Below, in pieces: positions 26,850 to 36,674 of a stretch of 63,356 bases of DNA. Each line of letters starts with the position of its first letter. The stretch's first letter is position 1. The position numbers and the translations under genes were made by a program. Below the pieces are notes generated by a model. That model saw only the letters and a list, made by a program, of their open reading frames with translations, did no database searches and was not told the DNA's origin. The stretch comes from Myxococcota bacterium (lineage in GTDB: Bacteria; Myxococcota_A; UBA796; GCA-2862545): the NCBI GenBank assembly GCA_039208735.1, contig JBCCQY010000044.1, positions 1-63,356 of the forward strand, written 5' to 3'.

Positions 26850-29708
26850 GTGAACATCAACCTGGTCACCCACCACACGACCCTGGCTGAGTCTGTGGCC
26901 AGTGTACTGCGGGAGGCGGGACATGAGGTCTCGGTTCGCCCAGAGACCGTGTTCGACGCCGAAATTCGGTACGCCCCGAGCACCGCCCTGTCCGAGGTTT
27001 CTCGGCTGGTGGAGCTGCTCAAACCTCTCCTTCCCGCCGTCCAGCCCGATGAGTCGCTCGCGGACGAGGTCGTCGAGGTGCATCTGGGCGAAGCCAAGCC
27101 CTTCAGCAGCTGGGAGGTCAAAGTCCACGTCGAGAGCGAGATGCTCGGCGACCGCCTCCGCACGCGGGTGCAGTCGCTCGGGTTCCGCGACGATGGGCTC
27201 GAGATCGAGGAGCCCGAACGGAGCTTTGTGAAGTACGGCGGCGCCACCCCGTTTGCGCGCCAGGTGGTCCGCTGGCTCCTCGCCCAAGAAGGCATCGTCG
27301 CTACCGAAAGCAAGGATTGGGGCGACGACGACGACGACATCTGGATCTACGCCCGCGACCCCGCGTTCGAGGGCAAGACGGTCCGCGAGCGCTACCCCGT
27401 CGAGATTCATGGCGACGACTACGAGCGCATGTTCGTGCTCAAGGGGCAGCTCGAGGCTCAGGGCTTCGAGCAGGTCGCGGTGCGCTCGCTCGATGATGCA
27501 GACCGCCCCCGGTTCGCGACGGCTTTGGGCCCCTTCATGAAGGACCCGGCATCGGCCGCCGCCCTGAACGACGTGTTGAAGGCGTTCCTCGAATCCCAAG
27601 GCATCGATAGCGCCCGATTCCCGTTGGTCGAAGACACCGCCAGTGCGGCGCGTGGCCACGCCCGCATCGACCTGCCCATCGGCGCGATGGCTGGCGGCAC
27701 GCTGCGCCCCTACGACGGCGCCTTCCCCGAACGTTGGGACGTGGTCCTCCGCACCGACGATCCGGTCGCGGTCGCCGACCTGCAGCGGCGGCTGCAAGAA
27801 AAAGGATTCACCCACATCTCGGTTGAGTCGCTGCCGGCCTCGGCGTTTGGATTCTCGGTGCGTTGGGGCTCCCTGGCCAGCTATCCAGAGGTCTCGGATG
27901 GGCTGAAAGCCGAGGTTCAGTCCCTCATGGCGGAGCGCGAGGTCCGATCGGACTACACGCTGTCCGCCTCCGATGGTCTAGGAGCCGAAGACGCCCGCGT
28001 GATCATCGATCTGCCGTTTTCGGCCGCCGCGCGACTGTCGTTCTCGGACCGGGTTCGCGAGGCCGCAACGCACTGGGAACTCACGCTGAAGTGTCCTCGG
28101 CCCGAGGAATACGACCGCCTGCGGACCGCCCTTGGTGAGTTGCCTTGGAAAGCGTTCACCAGCGAAAACGAGACCGACGCGCGGCCTGAGATCCAGTATG
28201 GCGGCGCCCCCGTACAGCTTGTCGAGATGGTCCGTGACCTCGTTGCAGAGCACACGGGCGTCTCGTTGCCCCTATCGAAGGATTGGAGCGAACGCGATGA
28301 CGACATCTGGATTCACCTGCCGAGCAGCGCCCAGACCACAGTGAGCGAGGAAGAAGCCCCCATCGACCTGTCCAGTTGGCTCATGCAGGACGTTGAGGCT
28401 GAAGCGAGCGCACCGCTCGTGGATGTAGCCGCCGATCGCGTGCGCATCGGACCCATCACGCTGCGTCGCCAGGAGAACCACGACGCCACGATGGTGCCTT
28501 CGCCCGATCCCTTCGCGCACTACTGTCTCGACCAGCGCACCGCGGAGACGCTGCTGCACGTGGCCGAGAGCGTCATTCTGCGGGAGCCGTGCCTCCTCGA
28601 GGGTGAAACCAGCGTTTCGAAGACGTCGATCATCCAGTACCTGGCCATGCTGCTTGGGCAGCCGCTGGTGCGCCTCAACCTCAACGGTCAGACCGATACG
28701 GGCGAGCTGGTGGGTCGCTACGTGCCGCAGGACATGGCCGCGGCCCTTCCTGTCGACCCGGCCGAACTGCAAGCGGCCGCCGACCTGCTTGAGTCCGAAA
28801 GCCGCATGATCCTGCAACGCGCCGCCGAAGAGAGTCGGAACCTTACGCGCGTCGAAGTGCAGCAGATCATGGCCAACGAACGCATGACGGTGCACCCCTG
28901 GCGCTGGCAGGACGGACTCATCGTCACCGCGATGAAGCGGGGCTGGTGGGTCGTGCTCGATGAGCTGAACCTGGCCGAGCCCCAGATCCTCGAACGGCTG
29001 AACCCGGTGCTTGAACGGCACCCCATGCTCGTGCTGTCGGAGCATGACAACACGGTCATTGGGTCGCGTGATGTGCCGGTACATCCTGCCTTCCGCATCT
29101 TCGCGACGATGAATCCCGCCGAGTATGCGGGCCGCTCACCGCTTTCGCCCGCATACCGGGACCGCTGGCGGGGCTATCGCCACGTGCAACCACCGGGCGA
29201 AGGCGAGTACGTCGCGATGCTTCGGTTCCTCGTCACAGGGCAGCAGCCCAATGTGGTGCTCGGAGGCAACCGCTACCAGGGAGTCTTGCAGGCTCCTCCG
29301 ATGCCCCAGCTCGGCGAAATCGAGAACATCGATCACTTCTTGCGGGCGTTGGCGCGGTTCCACTCGGCGCTCGAAGAGGCGGTAGGCCGCAAGCCCGGCG
29401 GTGGTTCGCAGCTCGGAGCCCGACGCCGGGAACGCTACGTGTTCTCACGCCGAGGTCTGCTCGCGGTCATGGACTACCTCGCCAGCACCCTCAACCCGGA
29501 TGACAAGTCGGTTGTGGCCATGCGTAAGGCACTCACGCGCTACTACCTGGGTCGCGTGCAAGCAGGCACAGACCAGCGGGTGGTCGCGCGGCTCCTCGAC
29601 GCCGCGGGCATCGGACCGCAAACGTGGGCTCCCGAACGCCTCGATGCGCTCAACGCAGGCGCCACCGACGATGGCGACATTGACGGCGACGGTGAGGTGG
29701 ACGCTTGA
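26850..29708 (+). CDS. MoxR/midasin-type AAA+ ATPase with ~5 N-terminal tandem alpha/beta repeats
   Basis: GTG with GAGGAGG RBS; LEGETSVSKTS, LNLNGQTDTGELVG, WQDG..AMKRGWWVVLDELNLA..ILERLNPVLE, FRIFATMNP, RSPLSPAYRDRW. Confidence 0.88.
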   Translation: MNINLVTHHTTLAESVASVLREAGHEVSVRPETVFDAEIRYAPSTALSEVSRLVELLKPLLPAVQPDESLADEVVEVHLGEAKPFSSWEVKVHVESEMLGDRLRTRVQSLGFRDDGLEIEEPERSFVKYGGATPFARQVVRWLLAQEGIVATESKDWGDDDDDIWIYARDPAFEGKTVRERYPVEIHGDDYERMFVLKGQLEAQGFEQVAVRSLDDADRPRFATALGPFMKDPASAAALNDVLKAFLESQGIDSARFPLVEDTASAARGHARIDLPIGAMAGGTLRPYDGAFPERWDVVLRTDDPVAVADLQRRLQEKGFTHISVESLPASAFGFSVRWGSLASYPEVSDGLKAEVQSLMAEREVRSDYTLSASDGLGAEDARVIIDLPFSAAARLSFSDRVREAATHWELTLKCPRPEEYDRLRTALGELPWKAFTSENETDARPEIQYGGAPVQLVEMVRDLVAEHTGVSLPLSKDWSERDDDIWIHLPSSAQTTVSEEEAPIDLSSWLMQDVEAEASAPLVDVAADRVRIGPITLRRQENHDATMVPSPDPFAHYCLDQRTAETLLHVAESVILREPCLLEGETSVSKTSIIQYLAMLLGQPLVRLNLNGQTDTGELVGRYVPQDMAAALPVDPAELQAAADLLESESRMILQRAAEESRNLTRVEVQQIMANERMTVHPWRWQDGLIVTAMKRGWWVVLDELNLAEPQILERLNPVLERHPMLVLSEHDNTVIGSRDVPVHPAFRIFATMNPAEYAGRSPLSPAYRDRWRGYRHVQPPGEGEYVAMLRFLVTGQQPNVVLGGNRYQGVLQAPPMPQLGEIENIDHFLRALARFHSALEEAVGRKPGGGSQLGARRRERYVFSRRGLLAVMDYLASTLNPDDKSVVAMRKALTRYYLGRVQAGTDQRVVARLLDAAGIGPQTWAPERLDALNAGATDDGDIDGDGEVDA

Positions 29709-31507
29709 CCGTCTCTGAAGCCGTCGCGGCACGCGCCAGAGAACTGGGTGCGCTCGCCGTGGGCCTCTGCCAGGATGCCGGAATCGGCCTCGAGGTCGCT
29801 CCGGGAGGCTGGTCTTGGGACCCCGTACGGCGCGTGATCCGAGTTTCGGCCGAGGGTCTCGCCGAGCATGGACCCGAGTATTGTGCGGGCATCGTCGCGC
29901 ACGAGGTCGGCCACTACCACATCAGTCGCTACAACATGTTCCCCCTCGACGTGGTGTCGGTTCGGGCGGCCCGCAACCTGCTCAACGCCATCGAAGACCC
30001 ACGCGTCGATCGCTGGATCACCTCCCGCTACCCGGGGGCGCGTCCATGGCAGAACCAAGCGCTGGTCGATGAAATCCTGCATCAACCCGGTACCCCACGC
30101 TTTCTCATCTTTGGCCTGGAATGCGCCGCTGAAGGCGATCGCAACTGGCAGCCGAGCACACAAGATTTGCCAGCGTCGGTCGTCGAGGCCCTCGATGCCA
30201 CCCGCCAGGCTCGACGTCGCTATGCGCTCCATTTCCCGCCTACGAACATCGACGAGCCCGTCACTGACGACATCGTACGGGCGTACCGCGAGGAAGTGTG
30301 GCCACACCTGACCGACCTCCGGTGGATTCCGTCGCGGCAGGAGCAGCGGATCCAACACTCTGCCTTCACCGCGTTTCAGATGGCCGAGGAGGAGATCTTC
30401 CCCTACGGGCTCGCACTTTACGTGGAAGATCGCCGAAAGATCGCCCGTTGGTTGATGACCCACCCCGACCACGCGGCCAAAGGTCGTCGGGCACTCGACG
30501 GCGGCCGCCCCGGCCAGGTCGTGGCCGAGGCCCTCGAAGCGGATCTGCCCGCGCGTCACCCCCATCGATGGGCCGATGAGCTGGCCCAGGAACTTCTCGA
30601 CGGAGCCCTCGACCGGCGCATCACCGCCCCCGTCATCGCGCTTCCCGGACAGCCCTCGGGGCCTACTCGCCCGTGGGAAGGCGACATCGTCGACCTGCCA
30701 CCCTTGCCCAAGGTGTGGCAGCCCGCCTCGAACTACGACCTTGCGTACGCCGAGGTGGCCGACCAGGTCGAGCAACTCGTTCAGCACCTCGACGAGATCC
30801 TCCGTCCCCAACAACGCTTGCGTCAGCGAGCCGGATACCCGACCGGCCGACGGGTCGATCTGAAGCGACTCATGACGTTCGAGGCAGATCCTCGTCGCTA
30901 CGATGAACTTTGGGTTCGCACGACGATTCCCGACCGACGAAACGCCGCCATCGGTCTGCTCGTGGACCTGTCCGGGTCGATGCAGGGCGAGAAGGCGCAA
31001 AGTGCGCTGAAAGGCTCCATCCTGCTCGCCGAAACGCTGCATCGGCTCCAAGTGACGTTTGGGGTCTACGGTTTTCAGGACGTGCTCATCAAGCTGCACG
31101 ACTTTGGCGACCCGCTCACCCCGGCCGCCCGCAACCGACTCGCCGAAATGACCCAGGAAGTCGCGGGTTCCCGAGCCGGAGGCAACAACCAGCCCGGCTA
31201 CAACGACGACGGACCCTGCCTCCTCGAGTTTGCCACCGTGCTCCAGGACGTCGCTGCGATCGACCGAATTCTCATCGTCGTCAGCGATGGCCTGCCTGAG
31301 GGCCGTCGCTCCAACGCCAGTGACCTGCACGCAGCGGTGGCCCAGCTCTCGGGTGACCCGGGCCTGCGGCTCATCGCGCTCGGCCTTGGTGGTGGCACGG
31401 GCCACGTCACCAATTTCTACCCCGAGAGCGTCGCCGATGTGCCGCTCCACGAGTTTGCCCAGACGATCGGCAACCTCGTCGAGGGCGTTCTCGTCGGCAA
31501 TGAGTAG
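29705..31507 (+). CDS. vWA (MIDAS) partner protein with an N-terminal HExxH domain (CobT/NorD-like layout)
   Basis: AHEVGH, NAIEDPRV, G.RVDL, LVDLSGSM, VVSDG; 4-nt overlap with the AAA gene. Confidence 0.88.
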   Translation: MTVSEAVAARARELGALAVGLCQDAGIGLEVAPGGWSWDPVRRVIRVSAEGLAEHGPEYCAGIVAHEVGHYHISRYNMFPLDVVSVRAARNLLNAIEDPRVDRWITSRYPGARPWQNQALVDEILHQPGTPRFLIFGLECAAEGDRNWQPSTQDLPASVVEALDATRQARRRYALHFPPTNIDEPVTDDIVRAYREEVWPHLTDLRWIPSRQEQRIQHSAFTAFQMAEEEIFPYGLALYVEDRRKIARWLMTHPDHAAKGRRALDGGRPGQVVAEALEADLPARHPHRWADELAQELLDGALDRRITAPVIALPGQPSGPTRPWEGDIVDLPPLPKVWQPASNYDLAYAEVADQVEQLVQHLDEILRPQQRLRQRAGYPTGRRVDLKRLMTFEADPRRYDELWVRTTIPDRRNAAIGLLVDLSGSMQGEKAQSALKGSILLAETLHRLQVTFGVYGFQDVLIKLHDFGDPLTPAARNRLAEMTQEVAGSRAGGNNQPGYNDDGPCLLEFATVLQDVAAIDRILIVVSDGLPEGRRSNASDLHAAVAQLSGDPGLRLIALGLGGGTGHVTNFYPESVADVPLHEFAQTIGNLVEGVLVGNE

Positions 31508-31510
31508 CCG

Positions 31511-32245
31511 CTAAGGCGCGCCTGGTGTCCACGACCGGGCCGCTTTGGAGTCCGGGAACCGGGTGACGAGCTGCTGCGCATAGGCCTTCGCCTGGTCCGT
31601 CGCTCCACGCTGATCGAGCGCACGCACCAGGGCGAGCCCCTGTTCCACATCGGCATCCGGGAGGGCGAAGTAGGCGTCCACCAGTTCAGGCGCAGAACTC
31701 TTCGCGAGACTCACCAGCGCGCGATGGTAGAGAACGTGGCGATCCCCGGGCCAGGTCCCCGCTGCGGCCTCGATGACCGCCAATGCTTCGTCGACGCGCT
31801 CTAGCCGATGCAAGCAATCGGTCCGCACAATGGCGAGCTGGGGCGTCGCCATGCCATGGGAGGCGGCGCCTTCGAACGCCTCAAGCGCCCCGGCATAGTC
31901 CTTCAGGGCATACCGCGCGAGACCAAGCGAAAGGTAATGCCCCGATAGATCGGCTTTGGGGTCACCTTTCGCAAGCGCAAGCGCAGCTTCGAAGTCGTTC
32001 ACCGCTTCGTCGAATTGTCCTTGTCCAAACTTAAGCGAAGCGCGAACCCGCAAAAAATGCTCTTCATCGAACTTGCGATGGTTCCGGTCGACCATCGCGA
32101 GGTAGCGACGCGCCTGCGCATAATCCTCACTCTTCACGCTTCGTGCCGCCTTGATGACCAGGACATCGGGGCGAGGGCGACGGGCCTGGGCATCCGCTCC
32201 GAACAGCAAGAGTCCGCACACCAGGGCTTGCCAGATTGCGCGCAT
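31511..32245 (-). CDS. Secreted tetratricopeptide-repeat protein
   Basis: Signal peptide (..ADAQA); TPR patterns A..KFGQGQFDEAV..FE.AL and LGLARYALKDYAGALEAFE. Confidence 0.75.
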   Translation of the reverse strand: MRAIWQALVCGLLLFGADAQARRPRPDVLVIKAARSVKSEDYAQARRYLAMVDRNHRKFDEEHFLRVRASLKFGQGQFDEAVNDFEAALALAKGDPKADLSGHYLSLGLARYALKDYAGALEAFEGAASHGMATPQLAIVRTDCLHRLERVDEALAVIEAAAGTWPGDRHVLYHRALVSLAKSSAPELVDAYFALPDADVEQGLALVRALDQRGATDQAKAYAQQLVTRFPDSKAARSWTPGAP

Positions 32246-32279
32246 CAGGTCTCTCCTCCGTGTCGAGCATAGCGGACAG

Positions 32280-33050
32280 CTACTCAGAATCGAGTCCGAT
32301 CAAGCCACGAAGTGCCTTCGCGCGACGACGGCTTACCGCCACGACCAGGTCCTCGCGGAGTTCCGCCTCGTAGGTCCCCGCACCGGTCGCTCGCAGGGCC
32401 AACACCCGATCCGAATGGACAATGGCACTGCGCGACACCCGGACGAACGGCGGACTCGGCAACCCCGACTCCACGGCGGAGAGGCCCTGGGTGAGTCGGA
32501 TCCGAGGGCCTTCGCGCCGATCCGCAAACACCACCCCATCTTCGACCTGCACACAAAGGATCGACTCAACGGCGACGGGCTCTTCCCGTGCGCCGTGCAC
32601 TCCCGTAAGAACGAGACGAATGGGCGATGCCGACGGGGCAGGGAGCACGGGTCCATTCGGGGCCCGGGCCCAGAGTCGCTGCCGCACCCGCCGCAACGCT
32701 TCGGCCAGACGGGACCGTTCGACCGGCTTCAACACATAGTCGAGACCCTGCACGGCAAAGGCATCGACGGCGTGCTCGGCGTGCGCGGTGGTGAAGATCA
32801 CGCTTGGACGGACCGCTTCGGGCAGATACTCCACCAGCTGCTGTGCGACTTCGGTGCCCAGTGCGCCAGGCATTCGAACGTCGAGGAACACGACATCTGG
32901 GCGTAGGGACAAGACTTGGCGAAGGGCAAGCTCGCCGTTGTCGGCCTCCCCGATCACCACGACATCGGCGTGCACTTCAAGCAGGCGGCGCATCCGTGCC
33001 CGTGCCTTGGGCTCATCGTCCACCAAAAGGGCTCGAATGGTCGGCGTCAT
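32280..33050 (-). CDS. LytTR-family response regulator
   Basis: LLVDDEP, FLDVRMP, FTTAH, DYVLKP; LytTR region FVRVSRSAIV, VSRR. Confidence 0.93.
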   Translation of the reverse strand: MTPTIRALLVDDEPKARARMRRLLEVHADVVVIGEADNGELALRQVLSLRPDVVFLDVRMPGALGTEVAQQLVEYLPEAVRPSVIFTTAHAEHAVDAFAVQGLDYVLKPVERSRLAEALRRVRQRLWARAPNGPVLPAPSASPIRLVLTGVHGAREEPVAVESILCVQVEDGVVFADRREGPRIRLTQGLSAVESGLPSPPFVRVSRSAIVHSDRVLALRATGAGTYEAELREDLVVAVSRRRAKALRGLIGLDSE

Positions 33051-34081
33051 GGCGCTCCTCCCACCGGGACATCCAACGACAAACGCGTGCCTCGGCCCGA
33101 GGGTCCCGTGGTCGCCACGAGCCGTCCTTGGCCTTCGGACCACGCCAGGCGTACCCGTTCGGCGGTCGCGTACAAGCCGCCACCCGCGCCTTCGGTACCT
33201 CGCCCCGGCGTTGTCATGGACGTTGCGACCGCCTCGGGAAGCCCCGGGCCGTCGTCTTCGACGGTCACATGCAGGCGATTGGACTCGATGTGGGCTCGCA
33301 CCGCGATGCTCCCGCCCTCGACGCGACTCGCCACCGCGTGACGAACCGCGTTCTCGACCAGGGGTTGCACCAAAAGACCCGGGATTTCTACCTCGCCCGC
33401 TGGCGGAACGACCTCGACCGACCACCGGAGCCGCTCTCCGAGGCGAGCCTGTTCGAGACGCAACAGTCGCCGGACCACATCGAGTTCGTCCCCCAGCAAA
33501 ACCCACCGTGCGGTGCTGCGCAGGACGTAGCGCATCATGTGGGCGAGATCGGTCACAAGGTCCTCGGCGACATCGGCGTCCTCATGGACGACCTGGGCAA
33601 CCGTGTTGAGGGTATTGAAGAGAAAGTGAGGATTGAGCTGGGCCGACAGGGCTGCGAGATGCCGTTCCAGTGCACGTTGGCGGAGTTGCGCCATGTGCTC
33701 GGCCTGGGTGGCCACCTCGTCGGCGAGGCGTTGATGGGTGTAGGCAAGCGAGGCCACCGAGGCGCCCAGGAGGCCCGCAAAGGCCAGTGTCGCGGTCAGC
33801 TCCGGTCCACGGAGCACGACGTAGGCCACCCCGTCCCCAATCGCGGTGCCCACCGCCGCAAGCAATGCCGCCACCGTCGCGACCCCCATCGCAAGCCAGA
33901 CCGTCACGAAGGACGGCAGGCGAACCCAGGTTCCACCAAGACCCCAGGTGGCGGCAAGCCCAAACCCTGCACACAACAGCGCCTGGCCGGGCCGCCACGT
34001 TCCGTGGATAAAGCCGAGCACCGCAAGTGCGGTGAGCCCTGCCCATACGGCAAGGGCCATCCGGCCCGATCCTCGAATCAC
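33047..34081 (-). CDS. LytS/YehU-type sensor histidine kinase
   Basis: N-terminal TMs; AQLNPHFLFNTLN, QPLVENAVRH, VEDDGPG; overlapping stop/start on both sides. Confidence 0.92.
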   Translation of the reverse strand: MIRGSGRMALAVWAGLTALAVLGFIHGTWRPGQALLCAGFGLAATWGLGGTWVRLPSFVTVWLAMGVATVAALLAAVGTAIGDGVAYVVLRGPELTATLAFAGLLGASVASLAYTHQRLADEVATQAEHMAQLRQRALERHLAALSAQLNPHFLFNTLNTVAQVVHEDADVAEDLVTDLAHMMRYVLRSTARWVLLGDELDVVRRLLRLEQARLGERLRWSVEVVPPAGEVEIPGLLVQPLVENAVRHAVASRVEGGSIAVRAHIESNRLHVTVEDDGPGLPEAVATSMTTPGRGTEGAGGGLYATAERVRLAWSEGQGRLVATTGPSGRGTRLSLDVPVGGAP

Positions 34082-35247
34082 GCCATCGCCGGCGTCAGGA
34101 CTCGCTCGCGACGCCACACCGCCAACACGATGGCTCCCATGCCCACCAACGAGGCGGTGAGCACGGCCAAAAACCACACCCAAGGCAGGCCAAAGGCAAT
34201 CGTGACGGGAATGAGGCCGACCGCAAGGGCCCGGACGGGCGTGGGTTCACGCTCCGGTACCACCTGACGGAGGACCAAGACGCCGAGCCACTGCGCGGTG
34301 ACGAGCTGGCCAAGGTACAGCAGCACCCAAAATGCCAGCCATCCCAAGAAGCCAAGCGCCATCGGGATCAAGGTGATCATGAGGAGCGTGGATGCGGTAG
34401 GCAGCAGCACAAGGGTCAGAAAGCCGACGCCAAACGACTCGGCAGGCGACTGGCGAACGGTTTGGGCGACCCGCACCGCGCCCATGCCGCCCAGCACGAT
34501 AAATGCAATTCCCACCAGCAGCTTGGAAAGGTACTCCCACAGGCGGAGTCCCGTCCATGTGACCACGCTCGAAAAGACGCTGGGTTTCGGATCATCGTCC
34601 CAAACCTGGATGACTCCGCGCTCATCGCCATCGCCATCATCGATGCGTTCCGTAAAGGCGACTTGGCCCACAACAAAGCTGTCGATGCCCTCGGCGGGCG
34701 CGGGCGCGGTGTATTCGAGGTCGCCGCCGATGCGGCTCGTCACCACGAGTTCGCCCACTTCGACCGCAACGTCTCCGGAAACCGGGGCCGCGATCTCAAC
34801 GCGTCCCGCGCCCGCGTTCAGCGAACCGGCGACGGGCCCACCGGCGACAATCTCACGACCCAAGCCGTAGATGTCTCCTCCGACGGAGCCCTCCGGGCCT
34901 ACGATGACATCTGCCCCCATCGCATACACATCGCCGCCGACGGCCTCGTCGATCGCGATGGTCTCGCCCATCGCAAAGAGATCACCACCCACCGGCGAGG
35001 TCAGGTGAATCTCGCGGCCCATCAAAAAGGCGTTGTCCTTCACGGGCGCCACGACGGCGATTTCGTCGCCCATCCCGAACACGTCGTCATAGGGCTGGCC
35101 AAACTCGACCGCATCGCCCATCTCGAATCCGCCACCGACCCATTCGATGGGGGGTTCATCGTCAACGGCGACCTCAGGCGCCGCGACGGCCGCCATCGAC
35201 AGCAACAGTCCGCCCGCCAGCAAAGGGGCCACGATAAATGCGCGCAT
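34078..35247 (-). CDS. Membrane protein with a periplasmic beta-helix (polymer-forming/bactofilin-like repeats) and C-terminal TMs
   Basis: Signal peptide; repeated V.GD(L/V/I)(F/Y).MG..I units; ~5 TMs; GAGGAG RBS. Confidence 0.75.
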   Translation of the reverse strand: MRAFIVAPLLAGGLLLSMAAVAAPEVAVDDEPPIEWVGGGFEMGDAVEFGQPYDDVFGMGDEIAVVAPVKDNAFLMGREIHLTSPVGGDLFAMGETIAIDEAVGGDVYAMGADVIVGPEGSVGGDIYGLGREIVAGGPVAGSLNAGAGRVEIAAPVSGDVAVEVGELVVTSRIGGDLEYTAPAPAEGIDSFVVGQVAFTERIDDGDGDERGVIQVWDDDPKPSVFSSVVTWTGLRLWEYLSKLLVGIAFIVLGGMGAVRVAQTVRQSPAESFGVGFLTLVLLPTASTLLMITLIPMALGFLGWLAFWVLLYLGQLVTAQWLGVLVLRQVVPEREPTPVRALAVGLIPVTIAFGLPWVWFLAVLTASLVGMGAIVLAVWRRERVLTPAMA

Positions 35248-35308
35248 GGGATTCTCCTCGATTGGTGAGGATCTCATGCGTCGGTGATGGCGTCGAGACG
35301 ATGAGCCA

Positions 35309-35341
35309 ACCGCTCAACGGTCGCGCAGACCGCTCAGCGGT
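35309..35341. promoter_or_regulatory. Tandem direct repeat, probable LytTR regulator binding site
   Basis: ACCGCTCAACGGT (35309-35321) and ACCGCTCAGCGGT (35329-35341), 20-bp period, upstream of the operon that includes the LytS/LytTR pair. Confidence 0.6.
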
Positions 35342-35350
35342 GCGAAGACC

Positions 35351-35752
35351 TTACGTGTCGGGCTGACCGTCGCTGTCGGGGGTCAGCGTGATGTTTTCGA
35401 TGCGGACCTTGCCACGTCGAATCACGATGGGCGCAAGGATCGTGGGAATGTAGCCCACCGCCTGCGCTTCGATGGAGTAGATGCCAGATGGAATCTCATC
35501 GAACGTGAAATGGCCGGAACGTGAGGTGCGCTGAGCTTCAACCACCTCGCGCGTTCCATCACGACGCAACAACACGCGGACCTTGCGAAGGCCGAGCCCG
35601 TCGTCCGCCCCGGTCACCACACCTCGCATTTCGCCACAGGCTTCGGGTGCATCCACCCGTGGAGCATCGGGGAGGGGCGCCGCAAAGACGGGAGGCGCGG
35701 CCGCGATCCAAAGTGAGGCCAACAACCCCCAGATCCCGAGTCGACGCACCAT
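35351..35752 (-). CDS. Secreted carboxypeptidase-regulatory-like domain protein
   Basis: Signal peptide; G.V...V.L..T...G.FTF..IPSG.Y.IEA.AVGY. Confidence 0.75.
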   Translation of the reverse strand: MVRRLGIWGLLASLWIAAAPPVFAAPLPDAPRVDAPEACGEMRGVVTGADDGLGLRKVRVLLRRDGTREVVEAQRTSRSGHFTFDEIPSGIYSIEAQAVGYIPTILAPIVIRRGKVRIENITLTPDSDGQPDT

Positions 35753-35866
35753 CGTCCTTTCCTCCCTTACAAGGAGTGTCGCCAGGACCCGAAATGGTGA
35801 ACCACATCCCCAAACCCCGACCTTTCTTGACATATCGATCTGGGTCTGACTCTGCACAAATGCTGT

Positions 35867-36640
35867 TCAGGGCTTTGCGACTTCCTTCGAACCCCCAATC
35901 GACATTCCTTGATGCAGGTCGAGCGGGACGATGCCGATGGGCGTGCTTACGGCGCCTTCGAGGTCGAGCGCCAGCACCTTGGCCTCCCCTTGCAGCCACG
36001 CCCACCAGGCCTTCGTGGAGCCCGTCGCGTCGACGACGAGGGGGAAGTGCAACGGTCCGTCGGGCTGGGTCTCGAAACGTCCCTGGCCAATGCGATGCTC
36101 GTCGACAGTGAGCCGCCAAGCTCCATCATGCAGAGCAAAGCCTGAGGGCAGGCCGAGCTTCACCACCAGATCCACTTCGAGATCGGTGCCGTTCATCTGG
36201 GTTGACCAGTCCACAAGGTCGAGGGTGGGAGCTTCGATGCGGGGCAGCGTTCCCTCGAACGACAACGGCCAGTGCATCGGACCACCGTCGGTCGACGCGT
36301 GAACATCGAGGTTCAGCGCATAGGGCACTTGGGGTGCCGTCAGCGCCGCAGTCGCTGACGCAAGATCGGCGTATGCAAGCTCCAGAGGCACCTCGACGGT
36401 GGTGATGCCATTCGGTCGGACATAGACCGCTTTGGCGAGTTCGCCAGCCGTGAGCGTCGCCTCACCAATCGTGAACGACCACGACAGGGCATCGACGGTG
36501 AACGGCGACCACCACGGGTTCGTGACCTCAACCTCGGCCACCACCCCTACGCCCGACAGCGTGATCTTCGACAATCCGACATCGGTGACCTCGGCCATCG
36601 GCACAAAGCGCGCGCAACCGAGCCACATCCCCCACCACAT
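35867..36640 (-). CDS. LEA type 2/WHy-domain lipoprotein (two domains)
   Basis: GGAGG RBS; MWWGMWLG-C; V.V.NP...F.V..L.W.F.IG pattern. Confidence 0.7.
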   Translation of the reverse strand: MWWGMWLGCARFVPMAEVTDVGLSKITLSGVGVVAEVEVTNPWWSPFTVDALSWSFTIGEATLTAGELAKAVYVRPNGITTVEVPLELAYADLASATAALTAPQVPYALNLDVHASTDGGPMHWPLSFEGTLPRIEAPTLDLVDWSTQMNGTDLEVDLVVKLGLPSGFALHDGAWRLTVDEHRIGQGRFETQPDGPLHFPLVVDATGSTKAWWAWLQGEAKVLALDLEGAVSTPIGIVPLDLHQGMSIGGSKEVAKP

Positions 36641-36674
36641 GCCCACCTCCGTTGGCCGATGCTACCTTGGCGTC

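Noticed and set aside
29543..31450. 635-aa minus-strand ORF and similar long overlapping ORFs (e.g. 25541-27340, 45614-47266, 9469-10932)
   Set aside because: Shadow ORFs typical of high-GC DNA, opposite well-supported genes
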